DNA of 52,555 nucleotides from Methanotrichaceae archaeon (GTDB lineage Archaea > Halobacteriota > Methanosarcinia > Methanotrichales > Methanotrichaceae). The notes beneath the pieces were generated by a model. The model was not told where the DNA came from and searched no databases. It saw only the letters and a list, made by a program, of their open reading frames with translations. The stretch is from contig CAVWIG010000008.1 in the NCBI GenBank assembly GCA_963754945.1, positions 1 to 52,555 on the forward strand, written 5' to 3'. Both the position numbers and the translations under genes were made by a program. Below are positions 28,620 to 38,979 of this stretch, piece after piece (the first letter of the stretch is position 1; each line of letters opens with the position of its first letter).

Positions 28620-29123
28620 ATGATCAAGATGCTACAACCCACAGGCGTAATGCTGGTGGGTTTGGCTTTCTTTTTATCCTACTTCTGCTTACAGCCTATT
28701 GTAGCAGAGCCCACAAAGGCCATTTATCCCGAATCTCTCGATCGAATAAAGGATTTCCATAATCAATTCACGAGCCCATCTTATTCCTCTGCCGGACTGG
28801 CTCGGTCAAAGTTGCCGGAGATGGCCGAAAAATCTCGGTTGGCGGATGAGAAGACAATCATGAATGGATCTTCTCAATCATTGGAAGGTCTAATCTCCTT
28901 CAATGATGGGAAGCACAGGAGTGTGGCGTATGACGGCCTCCTTGAATCGACCAACAGCAAAATTAATGCGATGGACATCTCTGTCACGGGAATAACTGTA
29001 ATAGCCATAAACATGGCCGAAGGGGGCAGCGCGGTCGCATCTTCTGATATTGTCTTACACCCGGTTCAGAGCCTGGGAGAAGCTGCGGTTGTTAATCCTG
29101 AGGTTGATGAGAAGCTAAAGTGA
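28620..29123 (+). CDS. Secreted partner protein, copy 2
   Basis: 167 aa paralog of 27178-27681. Confidence 0.75.
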   Translation: MIKMLQPTGVMLVGLAFFLSYFCLQPIVAEPTKAIYPESLDRIKDFHNQFTSPSYSSAGLARSKLPEMAEKSRLADEKTIMNGSSQSLEGLISFNDGKHRSVAYDGLLESTNSKINAMDISVTGITVIAINMAEGGSAVASSDIVLHPVQSLGEAAVVNPEVDEKLK

Positions 29124-29219
29124 ACCGATAACGAATCAGATCGTTCGGGGATATTCTCTTTTGGTTGATGACATCGGCCAATGTTCGATGCAGTCTTTTA
29201 AATCTTTGCGACGGTTCCC

Positions 29220-29712
29220 TATCCAAGTCTGAATCCCATCGCCCAGACTAGCATTATAACAAGAGCAATCAGCATCATCAGAAGTGCAGTCTTGGGTCCG
29301 AGCCTACCAGGACGGGTATGGGACCTATCATCACCACAGCTCCTCCCCGAATATTCTTGCCTTTGGCCTCTTTATCTGCGTCTTCTAGGTGCTTACAGGT
29401 CCCTCTCTTTTCACCCACACGGGACTGGATCAACATCAAAAATCCAATGAAAATCAGAACAATTTCCAACTACAATCGAGCGTCAGCTCTTACGCCTCCT
29501 GAAAAGAAGAATGCGAACACCATCAGCCCAGGTGCCACGATCATGGCCAAAATGGCCATCTCGAGGGCTCGATCCGAAGACGATTGGGTATCGGCCCGAT
29601 CAGGATCACCTCGCCGTAGCCGGAGTTACCGGTGACTGGAGTTCTGTAAAAGGGATGCCACAACCAGCAGGAATCCGTTGAGATAGCAGCAGACCTATCT
29701 CCTGTCTATCAT
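29220..29712 (-). pseudogene. Two tandem frameshifted DUF131 (TIGR00304-like) membrane protein genes
   Basis: GGAVVMIGPIPVLVGSD and ILIGPIP..FGSS motifs; TM tails continue in shifted frames. Confidence 0.55.
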
Positions 29713-29767
29713 TTCGGTTCTTACATGCACAAACTATAAGGGCATTTTGAGACATCTCTACCACGAT

Positions 29768-31129
29768 ATGATCATTCAGAGACCTAGGGGCACGAGGGAT
29801 TTTCTTCCGGAGGATACCTGGATGAGGGGGCAGGTCAGGAAGGCCATGCAGGATGTTATCGAGCGCTGGGGCTACCAGGAGGTAGCCACGCCTACTTTCG
29901 AGCACTTGGAGCTATTCACAATCAAGTCAGGCGAATCAGTGACCGAGGAGATCTACAGCTTCCAGGATAAGGGCGGAAGGGACATTGCTCTACGACCAGA
30001 GCTGACGGCGCCAGTTATGCGCATGTACGTTAGCGAGCTGCAGAACGCCCCCAAACCCCAACGGCTCTACTATTACGGTAGCTGTTTTAGGTATGAACGC
30101 CCTCAGCGAGGGCGGTTCAGGGAGTTCTGGCAGCTTGGGGCAGAGCTGATCGGGGGAACCAAGACCGACTCCGAAGCAGAGGTCATAGCCCTGGCCGATC
30201 AGATGCTGAAGTCCGTTGGCATCTCCGGAGATATCCACATCGGTTACCTTGGTCTTATCAGGTCCATGCTTTCCAAGGTGCCCAAGGAGCACCGGGCAGC
30301 GATCATGAGGATGATCGACAAGAAAGAACGTGAGAATCTTCAGGCTTACCTTGGGGATATCGGCGCAGATCATCTTGGTCTCCTCGAACTGATAGACCTC
30401 AAAGGCAGGTTTGCTCTGGATAGGGCGATAGAGCTTTCGCGAGACCTGGAGAATTCAACTGACGCCTCTAGGTCACCTGACGATCTAGTCTCTACTGCAG
30501 TCCAATCACCAGCGGCTGCTGATCAATCCGGCAGATCTTCCGCACGGATTGGGCGGGAGGTAGCTGCAGAGCTCGGGCTGGAGAAGTTCCAGGAGATGGT
30601 AGATCTGCTGGACGCCTATGGAGTGGATGCCACCATCGACTTCGAGATCGTTCGCGGCCTGGAGTACTACTCAGGCACAGTCTTCGAGATGTATGCTTCA
30701 GGCCTGGGTGCCCAAAAGCAGATCTGTGGAGGAGGAACCTATGAGCTGTGCAGCCTCTTCGGAGGAGCTGAGACAAGCTCCACTGGTTTTGGCCTAGGCT
30801 TTGATAGGATCATGGAGATAGTCCAGATTGAATCCAAGAGAAAGACACCAGTAGTGCTGGCTTACACACCGGACGTAAAGCATGAAGCTGTAAAGGTAGC
30901 CAAAGAGCTGCGCAAAGCTGTTCCGCTGGTCTTGGACGTTATGGGCCGGAGCCTTGGTGCTCAGCTCAAGGCTGCGGCAAGTTACGGGGCTACGCACGTC
31001 GTAATCGTGGGAAGGAAGGAGCTCGATTCAGGAAAGCTGACGTTGAGGGACATGTTGAGCGGAGGGCAGGAGAGCCTGACGTTGGGGGAGATTGCAGAGA
31101 GGCTTGCCGGGAAGTACTCATGCACGTAA
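29768..31129 (+). CDS. hisS: Histidyl-tRNA synthetase
   Basis: PRGTRD, LRPELTA, FRYERPQRGRFREF, VRGLEYYSG, GGG.Y. Confidence 0.97.
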   Translation: MIIQRPRGTRDFLPEDTWMRGQVRKAMQDVIERWGYQEVATPTFEHLELFTIKSGESVTEEIYSFQDKGGRDIALRPELTAPVMRMYVSELQNAPKPQRLYYYGSCFRYERPQRGRFREFWQLGAELIGGTKTDSEAEVIALADQMLKSVGISGDIHIGYLGLIRSMLSKVPKEHRAAIMRMIDKKERENLQAYLGDIGADHLGLLELIDLKGRFALDRAIELSRDLENSTDASRSPDDLVSTAVQSPAAADQSGRSSARIGREVAAELGLEKFQEMVDLLDAYGVDATIDFEIVRGLEYYSGTVFEMYASGLGAQKQICGGGTYELCSLFGGAETSSTGFGLGFDRIMEIVQIESKRKTPVVLAYTPDVKHEAVKVAKELRKAVPLVLDVMGRSLGAQLKAAASYGATHVVIVGRKELDSGKLTLRDMLSGGQESLTLGEIAERLAGKYSCT

Positions 31130-31205
31130 GTGCCTACGAATCTCGTTTAATAAGAAAAAGATAAAAAAAAGTGAAAAAACGTCGCAGCTCTTTCATTAGA
31201 TCTGG

Positions 31206-31838
31206 CTAAGGTGCGTTCAGGTAGTTGTAAGCGTAGTAGTACCAGTTATCCCCCTGAATTCCGTTGTACAAGCCATAGAGGTCCATAGTGTTTCCGTTAG
31301 GGAATTTGCACACGTCAACGTCTCCGTAGGGAGTGTGCACGCTAGACACAACGCCTCCGCGGCTCGTGCATGCATCGATTGACCCGCCAGGAGTCATTCC
31401 AGGATACGAATACCCATTGGAGTAAGGATAGTCGTAGAAGTATGGATAGTAGTTGCCGTATGGATTGTAGAAGCCGTTGGTACCGACGTTGGCACCGCAC
31501 TTTCCTGTGGCGAAGGCATTGGCATCGCACCAGCTGTAGTCCGAGAACTGGCATATTGGCTGGTTGCCGTTCACTCCAGGGGTCGTTCTGTAGAGGTAAC
31601 CCATGCTCATGCAATAGGTCCTGTCTGAGCCTGAAGAGGACGAGACTGGAGCAATAGATCCGGAAACGGCCGAGCTTTGAGGATAAGACATAGAAGCAGA
31701 CGAGCTGGGAGCATAAGATCCCGAAGAGTATGAGCCCTGCCCGGCAACAGTCACTACACCCGCAGTGAGAACTACCGCCATGAAAAGTCCTACGACCAAG
31801 AGTCCCGATTTCCCAGAATTAAGTTTACCTTTCATCAT
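31206..31838 (-). CDS. Secreted Ser/Tyr-rich protein with two DUF333-like motifs
   Basis: Signal peptide; YC...G...C.F...WC and C..RGG...C.FPNG. Confidence 0.65.
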   Translation of the reverse strand: MMKGKLNSGKSGLLVVGLFMAVVLTAGVVTVAGQGSYSSGSYAPSSSASMSYPQSSAVSGSIAPVSSSSGSDRTYCMSMGYLYRTTPGVNGNQPICQFSDYSWCDANAFATGKCGANVGTNGFYNPYGNYYPYFYDYPYSNGYSYPGMTPGGSIDACTSRGGVVSSVHTPYGDVDVCKFPNGNTMDLYGLYNGIQGDNWYYYAYNYLNAP

Positions 31839-31850
31839 CTTTTCCTCCGT

Positions 31851-32744
31851 TCAAGGCCTCACAGATCCGAAGACTGCCCATCTCCAGTCCATAGCCTTGA
31901 TAGGGGAGTACGGGCCTTGAGCCTCTTTGGGAAGCACTATATTCAGATGAGAACCGAAGTTATTGTAAACTGTAGATTCATTCATTGTGCTCACAATCTT
32001 GAAGTCCGGAGAAGAGATATTCAGGATCTTAGGAGTAACGGTCAGGCTCGAGTTGATGTCCACCCTCCTCAGAAGATATTTATCTTTGGATACCCAGGCA
32101 GTCAGTACCGTGTGGCTGTTGTTCAGCAGGCTGGTGGTGTTGATGTCCAATGTTCCGTTTTTGAGTTTCTCTGGTAATGGTAAGGGTGACTGGATGTAGG
32201 CTGACAGTAGCTCGAGACCACAAATTCCGTTGCATATGAACTCGAAAGGAGAACCGACGAGTTTGTAGGTATCTTCGCCTTGGAACTTCTCTGTGCCAAC
32301 TATCTTCAAGTTGGAGTATTTTATGAGATTGACCTCTCCAGGAATCTCATTGTAATTTTGCATCATTCGGGCTGTGTCATTGACGGGGAACTTCGTCCAA
32401 TTCTGGTTTTGGTTCCAGTATTCAGAACCGTTCACGAAGTAGCCTGCCCATGTAAGTACCTTTCTGCTCTCCTCATCAGTAAGCTTCGAACTCCACCACC
32501 CTGATTTGTTTACCAGATCTACCTTCCCTTCTGTAGACTTATAAAGATCGAATTCCGTTTTAAGGGATGCATTTGAGTAAAGAAACTCGCTATCTGCAGA
32601 CCTAGAATACGTGTACGTGGTGAGATTTCCTGCGGACTTCTCCATCATCTGCTTGAGCTGATCGACGCTGGCTTCTTGGGCCGAGACGACGGTGGCCGCT
32701 GCCAGAATCGCGAGCAACATGACGAGCAATTGATTGAATTTCAT
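31851..32744 (-). CDS. Secreted LppX/LolA-like beta-sheet protein
   Basis: Signal peptide; many N-x-S/T sequons; WVSKD..LRR, YNNFG...I.LP pattern. Confidence 0.6.
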   Translation of the reverse strand: MKFNQLLVMLLAILAAATVVSAQEASVDQLKQMMEKSAGNLTTYTYSRSADSEFLYSNASLKTEFDLYKSTEGKVDLVNKSGWWSSKLTDEESRKVLTWAGYFVNGSEYWNQNQNWTKFPVNDTARMMQNYNEIPGEVNLIKYSNLKIVGTEKFQGEDTYKLVGSPFEFICNGICGLELLSAYIQSPLPLPEKLKNGTLDINTTSLLNNSHTVLTAWVSKDKYLLRRVDINSSLTVTPKILNISSPDFKIVSTMNESTVYNNFGSHLNIVLPKEAQGPYSPIKAMDWRWAVFGSVRP

Positions 32745-33097
32745 GACAAAACCTCCAGAATTATGTCGGACTTCAATGCTCATAAATTTTTGCATGCCGT
32801 TGCATGCCGCTTCGTGAATTTTCGTGTATTAAGAAACGATTGATCTAAAACCCAAAGCAACTGAATCGGTGAAGAAAAACAATTGAATCTAGCACTACAT
32901 GATACCCTCATCAAACACAGTGCCAGCCTCTTTGAGGGTTAGTAATGTCCCAAGACGGAGGTCCTGAGGTGGTCGGAAAGTGCGAGGTTCCCACCATAGT
33001 ACAATCTCTGGATAGATGAGACAGCTCTAATTCCAGCAGAGTCTTTAGGTCCAAGGAATACTATTTATCATGATACAACAGAACGGCTAAGTACTTA

Positions 33098-33607
33098 ATG
33101 AGCGATATTAACCCCAGCAGCATCGCTGTCTATAGAGGCCTCAAGAGTTCCGGCATCGACTTCGTTGCATCTGTACCCTGCGTCAACCTGCAGCAGCTCC
33201 TAAAACTGATCAACGCTGACCCGGAGATCGTCCACCTTCCTGTCACCCGCGAGGAGGAGGGAGTCGGTCTATGTGCTGGTGCGTGGATGGGGGGCAAAAG
33301 ACCGGCGTTGCTCATGCAAAACTCCGGCCTGGGCAACAGCATTAACGCCCTTGCTTCGCTGGATTTTCTTTACGGCATACCGCTCCTGATGATAATAAGC
33401 CACCGTGGGTGTGAGGGGGAGCCTGTTGTAGGCCAGATGCCCATGGGCAGGCTCACGCCAAAGCTGCTGGACGCTATGGGAATACCTCGCTTCTCTCCTA
33501 GTCCGGCGGAGGCTGAAGCTTTCGTCGCCAGGGCATGGAGGGTGGCCGCCACTAAGAAAAAACCGGTAGCTTTGCTCCTGGATTTGCAGTTTTGGAAGGG
33601 TGCATGA
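33098..33607 (+). CDS. comD: Sulfopyruvate decarboxylase alpha subunit
   Basis: SVPC, TREEEGVG, MQNSGLGN. Confidence 0.93.
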   Translation: MSDINPSSIAVYRGLKSSGIDFVASVPCVNLQQLLKLINADPEIVHLPVTREEEGVGLCAGAWMGGKRPALLMQNSGLGNSINALASLDFLYGIPLLMIISHRGCEGEPVVGQMPMGRLTPKLLDAMGIPRFSPSPAEAEAFVARAWRVAATKKKPVALLLDLQFWKGA

Positions 33608-34164
33608 AGAGGATGGAGGCTATTTCAGAGGCGGCTGCAGCAGCCGAGAACGCTCTTATAGTCTGCAACATAGGATTCCCAAGCAGGGAGCTTTATGCCG
33701 CAGCCGATAGGCCCGAGAACTTCTATATGCTGGGCTCTATGGGCTTAGCCTCATCCATCGGTCTAGGCCTGGCGCTGTCAAGGCCGGAAAGAAAGGTCAT
33801 CGTACTGGATGGCGACGGGTCTGTTCTGATGAACCTCGGGACACTGGCGACAATCGCCAACCACGCGCCTGATAACTACCTGCTGATCATCTTGGACAAC
33901 TGCTGCTACGGCTCCACTGGATCCCAGCCCACATGCACATCGCAGAGAACAGACTTGGCATTGGTGGCCAGGGCTGCAGGGGTGCAACAGGTACGCACCG
34001 TCACCACGCCAGAGGGCCTATTCGATGCGCTCTCCTGCTGGGGCGTGGTAGTGGCCAGGGTGGAGCCAGGGAACGCAGATGTCCCCCTCATCGATATCGC
34101 GCCAGAGCATATATTAGAGAGGTTCATGGGATCTCTCCTACCGGCTCGTCTTTTCAAAATCTAG
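33604..34164 (+). CDS. comE: Sulfopyruvate decarboxylase beta subunit
   Basis: NIGFPSREL, FYMLGSMG, TPP motif DGDGS...DN. Confidence 0.93.
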   Translation: MKRMEAISEAAAAAENALIVCNIGFPSRELYAAADRPENFYMLGSMGLASSIGLGLALSRPERKVIVLDGDGSVLMNLGTLATIANHAPDNYLLIILDNCCYGSTGSQPTCTSQRTDLALVARAAGVQQVRTVTTPEGLFDALSCWGVVVARVEPGNADVPLIDIAPEHILERFMGSLLPARLFKI

Positions 34165-34346
34165 GTGCAGGCTCAAATCTTTGGCACTGAACCAGCCTCT
34201 CTATCGATTATCCATGTTTTATAGGACGGTTGTAGAATATGTTTTAATTTTTAGCCTTTTTAGGATTATATTTTCATCTGGCTGGAAAGTGCTTTATATG
34301 GAACTACCGCACGACGTAAGCCAAAGTCGTCAAAAGGTGATAGTGC

Positions 34347-35372
34347 TTGAGAAAATTGATCCTTGTAGCGGTTCTGGCAGCCGTTGTGGTGATCTCCCTC
34401 GGATGCATCTCAGCTCCGGAGAAGAAACAGGGGAATGAATCCACTCTGGCGGCTCCGACGAAAGTGCCTGGGAATATCACTACCCTGCGGATAGGGTACC
34501 AGCCCAGCACCCACCAGATCGCTGAGATGGTAGCATCTGCAAAGGGCTGGTGGGCAGAAGACCTGAAACCCTTTGGAGTAGTAACAATACAGGAAAAGGA
34601 ATTTCAGTCAGGCCCTCCCGAGATGCAGGGAATGTTGGCAGGAGCTTTGGACATCGCTTATGTAGGAACCGCTCCGCCCATAACAGCCATAGCTCAGGGC
34701 TTGGACGCAAAGATAGTCGCCGCCGTTAACATCAACGGTTCGGACCTCGTCTTGAGACCTGATGTTGCTTATAACGGACCAAAGTCCCTTGAAGGGCTGA
34801 GCATAGGCACCTTCCCGCCCGGGTCTATTCAGGACATTGTCATGAAGAAGTGGCTGAATGACAACGGCGTTAACATCTCGACGATTCAGATACACGGCAT
34901 GGGGCCCGGTGATGCTGTTACAGCAATAGAAGCCGGCAAGGTAGACGGTGTCTTCCTGCCTCATCCATCCCCGTCGCAGATCGAGCTCGATGGAAAGGGC
35001 AAATCCGTCGTCCAATCGGGTCAGATGTGGCCTGGTCATGCCTGCTGCAGCCTTCTGATAAGCGGAAAGCTGATTAGGGAACACCCTGATCTGGTCAACC
35101 AGATAATCAAGACCCACATAAAGGCCACAAACTACGTCAACGCCAACCCAGAGGATTCTGCGAAGATCTTCGCGAACAGGACAAAGCAGAAACTCGCCGT
35201 TGTCGAAGCCTCCATGAAGAACTGGGACGGAAAGTGGGTCAGCGACCCTGCGATTCAGATCCCATCGACGGTGCAATACGCAAAGGTCGACAAGGACTTA
35301 GGCTATATCAATAAGACCTTGACCAAAGAGGACCTGTTCGATACCTCCTTCTACGAGAAGGCCAAAGCTTAG
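34347..35372 (+). CDS. NitT/TauT-family ABC substrate-binding lipoprotein
   Basis: Lipobox SLGC; GYQPSTH; GSIQD. Confidence 0.9.
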   Translation: MRKLILVAVLAAVVVISLGCISAPEKKQGNESTLAAPTKVPGNITTLRIGYQPSTHQIAEMVASAKGWWAEDLKPFGVVTIQEKEFQSGPPEMQGMLAGALDIAYVGTAPPITAIAQGLDAKIVAAVNINGSDLVLRPDVAYNGPKSLEGLSIGTFPPGSIQDIVMKKWLNDNGVNISTIQIHGMGPGDAVTAIEAGKVDGVFLPHPSPSQIELDGKGKSVVQSGQMWPGHACCSLLISGKLIREHPDLVNQIIKTHIKATNYVNANPEDSAKIFANRTKQKLAVVEASMKNWDGKWVSDPAIQIPSTVQYAKVDKDLGYINKTLTKEDLFDTSFYEKAKA

Positions 35373-35383
35373 AGGAAATCGAG

Positions 35384-36166
35384 ATGTCCAAATCTGTCGG
35401 AGTTCTGTTAAGCCGGCGAGGCATCGAGGTAGTGTCTATCGTGGCCTTGATAGGACTCTGGCAGCTAGCAGCAGTGGCGGTTAACGACACCCTGATTCTA
35501 CCTAGCTTCATCCAGGTTGTTTACGCCCTCACAAAAAGCTGGCAGGCGATCTTGATGGAGGATCTGCCCGTCAGCCTGGTTCATTTTGGCTTTGGAATGC
35601 TTGCGGGACTTTTGATCGCACTGCCCATCGGCATGCTAATGGGATGGTTCAGGGCGGCGGACAGGGTCATGGATCCAATAGTTGAGATCGTCAGGCCCAT
35701 ACCGCCTCTTGCATGGATTCCCTTTGCTATAATCTGGTTCGGCCTGACGGACCAGGCAGCAGGTTTCATCATATTCGTGGGGGCGGTGTTTCCAATACTG
35801 ATAAACACTTATATTGGTTTCAGAAGCCTCCCTCGCGTCTACGTCGAATCGGCCAAAGTCTTGGGAGCTACCAAAGATCGAGACCTCATAAGGTACATCG
35901 CCTTTCCCTTCGCCCTGCCGTCGATAGCTGGCGGCATAAGAATAGCCATGGGCATAGCATGGATGTGCCTGGTGGCCGCCGAGGAGTTCGGCGTAAGCAC
36001 CAGCGGCCTTGGGTACAAGATCTGGTCTTATTACTATCTGCACGAGATGGACTACGTCCTGCTTTACATGATAGTCCTGGGACTGCTAGGTCTCCTTATA
36101 GACAGGAGTTTCAGGTATCTTATCGAAGAGAGGATGCTGAAGTGGCGAGTCGGGCTGACTCAGTAG
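35384..36166 (+). CDS. NitT/TauT-family ABC permease
   Basis: RPIPPLAWIP, ESAKVLGA (EAA), LVAAE. Confidence 0.92.
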   Translation: MSKSVGVLLSRRGIEVVSIVALIGLWQLAAVAVNDTLILPSFIQVVYALTKSWQAILMEDLPVSLVHFGFGMLAGLLIALPIGMLMGWFRAADRVMDPIVEIVRPIPPLAWIPFAIIWFGLTDQAAGFIIFVGAVFPILINTYIGFRSLPRVYVESAKVLGATKDRDLIRYIAFPFALPSIAGGIRIAMGIAWMCLVAAEEFGVSTSGLGYKIWSYYYLHEMDYVLLYMIVLGLLGLLIDRSFRYLIEERMLKWRVGLTQ

Positions 36167-36256
36167 TCGCAATCAGCCCAGCTTCCATCTATTTTTTTCC
36201 TGTTTATAAATGGCCAAACGATCTTGCTTCAATCAACTTAGCTTAGCAATGACCAG

Positions 36257-37216
36257 TTATGGCAGATCGATGGTGCCTACAACTCTGAGCTTGCCACCTT
36301 CAGGATATGTGAGAACCGCTCGAGCACCAGGCTCGTAGACGAGCATCTTGTCCAGGGCCAGGGTCAGAGTTGGCTTGTGCCAGTCGGCTTCGGACTTTAC
36401 AGCCACTACCCTGGCTGGCACGAACTGCATCCAGTGGCCTATGTGCAGCACCATCCCCTCCTTGATGGGAGTTGGCCAGTATTTGACCAGTTCGGCCTTT
36501 GCTTCAATAGCAGATGTGGTTTTGATGGATTTGTCGTTTGTGAGGATGGTTCCCCGGTCCAGCTCGTCTACCTCAATGCCCTTGAGGGCCATGCCGGTCC
36601 TGTCCCCCACGCCCGCACAGTCGAAATCTTCGTCGTGCTTCTGGACGGATCTGACCTGGGCGGTCTTTTTGGTCGGCAGCACCAATAGCTCGTCGTGCTT
36701 GTGGATCGCTCCTTCGACAACGCTTCCGAGGACTACTGTCCCTATACCTCGCACGTTGAAGAAATGGTCCACAGGCATGGTCCCTACTTTCGAGTCGCAG
36801 TTGGTCTCCATCTTTTCGACATCCTGTAGCAGACATTCTCTGATAACGTTCTTGTCGTCTTCCACGAACTCGTAGCCATCGACCACAGTCCCCTTGATCA
36901 ATGGGGCTATCTGTTCTCGGGATATAAAGTTCCTCAAGACCACCATGCCATCCTTCAGGTCGACGCACTGCAGCATGATGACCGACTCACCGAAGGCCGG
37001 GTTGATCTGATCAACTATCAGAATGACCTTCTTGGCCATGGACAATGCGTAGAACAATGGAGCAACCCTCTCTGGATATCTGGAAGGCTCTATCAGAGTG
37101 ACTGTATTGGCACCCTTCTTGAGGTTGTAGAAGGTCATGTCGCTGGTAGTGCCTTTCTTTCCCAGGTCCTTAGCGTAATCCTGCACTCCCAGGACCGCTA
37201 CGTTCAGATTCGCCAT
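36257..37216 (-). CDS. SelB/EF-Tu-related protein with degenerate G domain
   Basis: LGKKGTTSD, VDHFFNVRGIGTVVLG, VRSVQKHD; no intact P-loop. Confidence 0.8.
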   Translation of the reverse strand: MANLNVAVLGVQDYAKDLGKKGTTSDMTFYNLKKGANTVTLIEPSRYPERVAPLFYALSMAKKVILIVDQINPAFGESVIMLQCVDLKDGMVVLRNFISREQIAPLIKGTVVDGYEFVEDDKNVIRECLLQDVEKMETNCDSKVGTMPVDHFFNVRGIGTVVLGSVVEGAIHKHDELLVLPTKKTAQVRSVQKHDEDFDCAGVGDRTGMALKGIEVDELDRGTILTNDKSIKTTSAIEAKAELVKYWPTPIKEGMVLHIGHWMQFVPARVVAVKSEADWHKPTLTLALDKMLVYEPGARAVLTYPEGGKLRVVGTIDLP

Positions 37217-37540
37217 AGACTTTCAGGAATATGCCCGTGGATAATAGGTCTTGCGGTGAGGAGATCTAGCGTCTTATTTATAGAAGCGCTCTCGAAACTT
37301 GCAGGACATGTGCGGAGCTGATATCCCAGACTTATCTGAGTTAGAAGGCATGGCGAAAGAGAGAGACAAGAAGACGAGAATCGGGTGCGAAAATCCTGAG
37401 AAAACTCCTGTTGCAACGTCTCCCGTCGGAGATTGATGCTTACCATCAAAGTGCTTAATCAAATCCTCTTCTAACCCTTCAAAAGATTCTTATCTGATGC
37501 GAGGGATAACTATCTTAGTTATATTTGGATAATCTAAGGA

Positions 37541-37828
37541 GTGATCGAGTTGATAAGCAGCAAAGAAATGGAGAATATGGGAAAGGCTATCGCTGAGATC
37601 GGCGAAAACAAGACTTGCATGACGGAGCCTGTGATAAAAGGGGCCAAAGAGGCTCTAAAGAAGAATGGTTATGAAGGAGCCGAGGCGTACGCAGCACAGC
37701 TTGGTGGAACGGACGATAACACCGAGCTGCTTCGTGTACTGATGATCTCCAAGAAGTACAATCTGGGCTCAGAAGCTGCAATGAAGGTTCTGGATAACCT
37801 GACTAAGATAGAGTCCGGAAAATGGTAG
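37541..37828 (+). CDS. Hypothetical helical protein, homolog of the 20779-21213 C-terminal domain
   Basis: AAGGAG RBS; ALKKNGYEGA...ELLRVL. Confidence 0.65.
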   Translation: MIELISSKEMENMGKAIAEIGENKTCMTEPVIKGAKEALKKNGYEGAEAYAAQLGGTDDNTELLRVLMISKKYNLGSEAAMKVLDNLTKIESGKW

Positions 37829-38250
37829 ACGGTTGAAGTTAACGGAGGCATGCACCTCCTATCATATTTAGTAATATATTTTGGTTTTGAGCTAATATAA
37901 GGCGTAATCCTTGTTCTTGATTTGAAGTGGTGTTGCTTCGAGCGGAGTATATTTGCAACTTTCGAAATACATTTGAATGGTCATGGGCTCGGCGTAGGGC
38001 CAGGATAGGCAGTTTGGCATCGGTGCCTAGTAAGATGCAATCCACCATAGCTATGTGACAATCGCATAGTACAATCCACAGAAGAATTAGAGTATCGCCT
38101 ACAAAATGAATTGGCAAATAGAACAAGATCCAATACAGTATCTAAAATTGCAAGGTTATTTTGGAATCGCTATACTAGATCAGAAGGAACAGGTTCAATC
38201 ATCATATTGAACGGCATCTTTAAAGCACATTGCTCATAATCTTCGCATCC

Positions 38251-38979
38251 ATGTCCTTCGCTCTCTTCCCCGCCGTTGACCTTCGCGGCGGAAAATGTGT
38301 GCAGCTTGTTGGCGGCGTACCAGGCACCGAAGTAGTTGCTCTAGACAATCCCCTGGCCCAGGCCGAGCGCTGGGCAGCCGAGGGCGCAGACCACCTGCAC
38401 ATCATCGACCTGGACGGTGCCATCCAAAGAAAAAGAATCAATGCTCCCATTCTAACCGAAATTGTACAGAAGCTCGATCTCTTCATCCAGGTCGGGGGCG
38501 GCATAAGAACCAGGCAGGATGCAGAATCGCTCCTGGATTTGGACGTTGATAGGGTAATCCTTGGTACTGCTGCCCTGGAGAATCCGAGGCTGGTCGAAGA
38601 CCTTGCAGGTCAGTACGGATCGTCCCGGATAATGGTTGCTCTCGATGTCAAGCGCGGCCTGGTCACCTCCGAAGGCTGGCAGAAGGTTCTGAACGAGAAA
38701 GCCGTGGAGTTAGGTCGGCTCTTTGAGACGAAGGGCGCTGGCTCGATCCTGTTCACCAACATCGACGTGGAGGGCCAGCAGCGTGGGATAGACATCACTC
38801 CAACAAAGCAGTTGATAGGAGCACTGAAGATCCCAGTAATCGCCGCGGGAGGAGTTACAACCATAGAAGACATCTTGTCGTTGAGAGAGGCCGGCAGTGG
38901 AGGAGCGGTTGTGGGCACTGCCATCTACACCGGAAAGCTGAACTTCCGTACAGCCCTTAAGGCATTAAAGGGTGATTAG
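38251..38979 (+). CDS. hisA: ProFAR isomerase HisA
   Basis: PAVDLRGGKCVQL, HIIDLDGA, QVGGGIR, FTNIDVEG. Confidence 0.95.
   Translation: MSFALFPAVDLRGGKCVQLVGGVPGTEVVALDNPLAQAERWAAEGADHLHIIDLDGAIQRKRINAPILTEIVQKLDLFIQVGGGIRTRQDAESLLDLDVDRVILGTAALENPRLVEDLAGQYGSSRIMVALDVKRGLVTSEGWQKVLNEKAVELGRLFETKGAGSILFTNIDVEGQQRGIDITPTKQLIGALKIPVIAAGGVTTIEDILSLREAGSGGAVVGTAIYTGKLNFRTALKALKGD

Noticed and set aside
30430-30580. Intein in hisS
   Set aside because: Short Ser/Ala-rich insertion without intein terminal motifs.
36257-37216. True SelB implying selenocysteine use
   Set aside because: G-domain motifs are degenerate and no Sec machinery is visible in the window.
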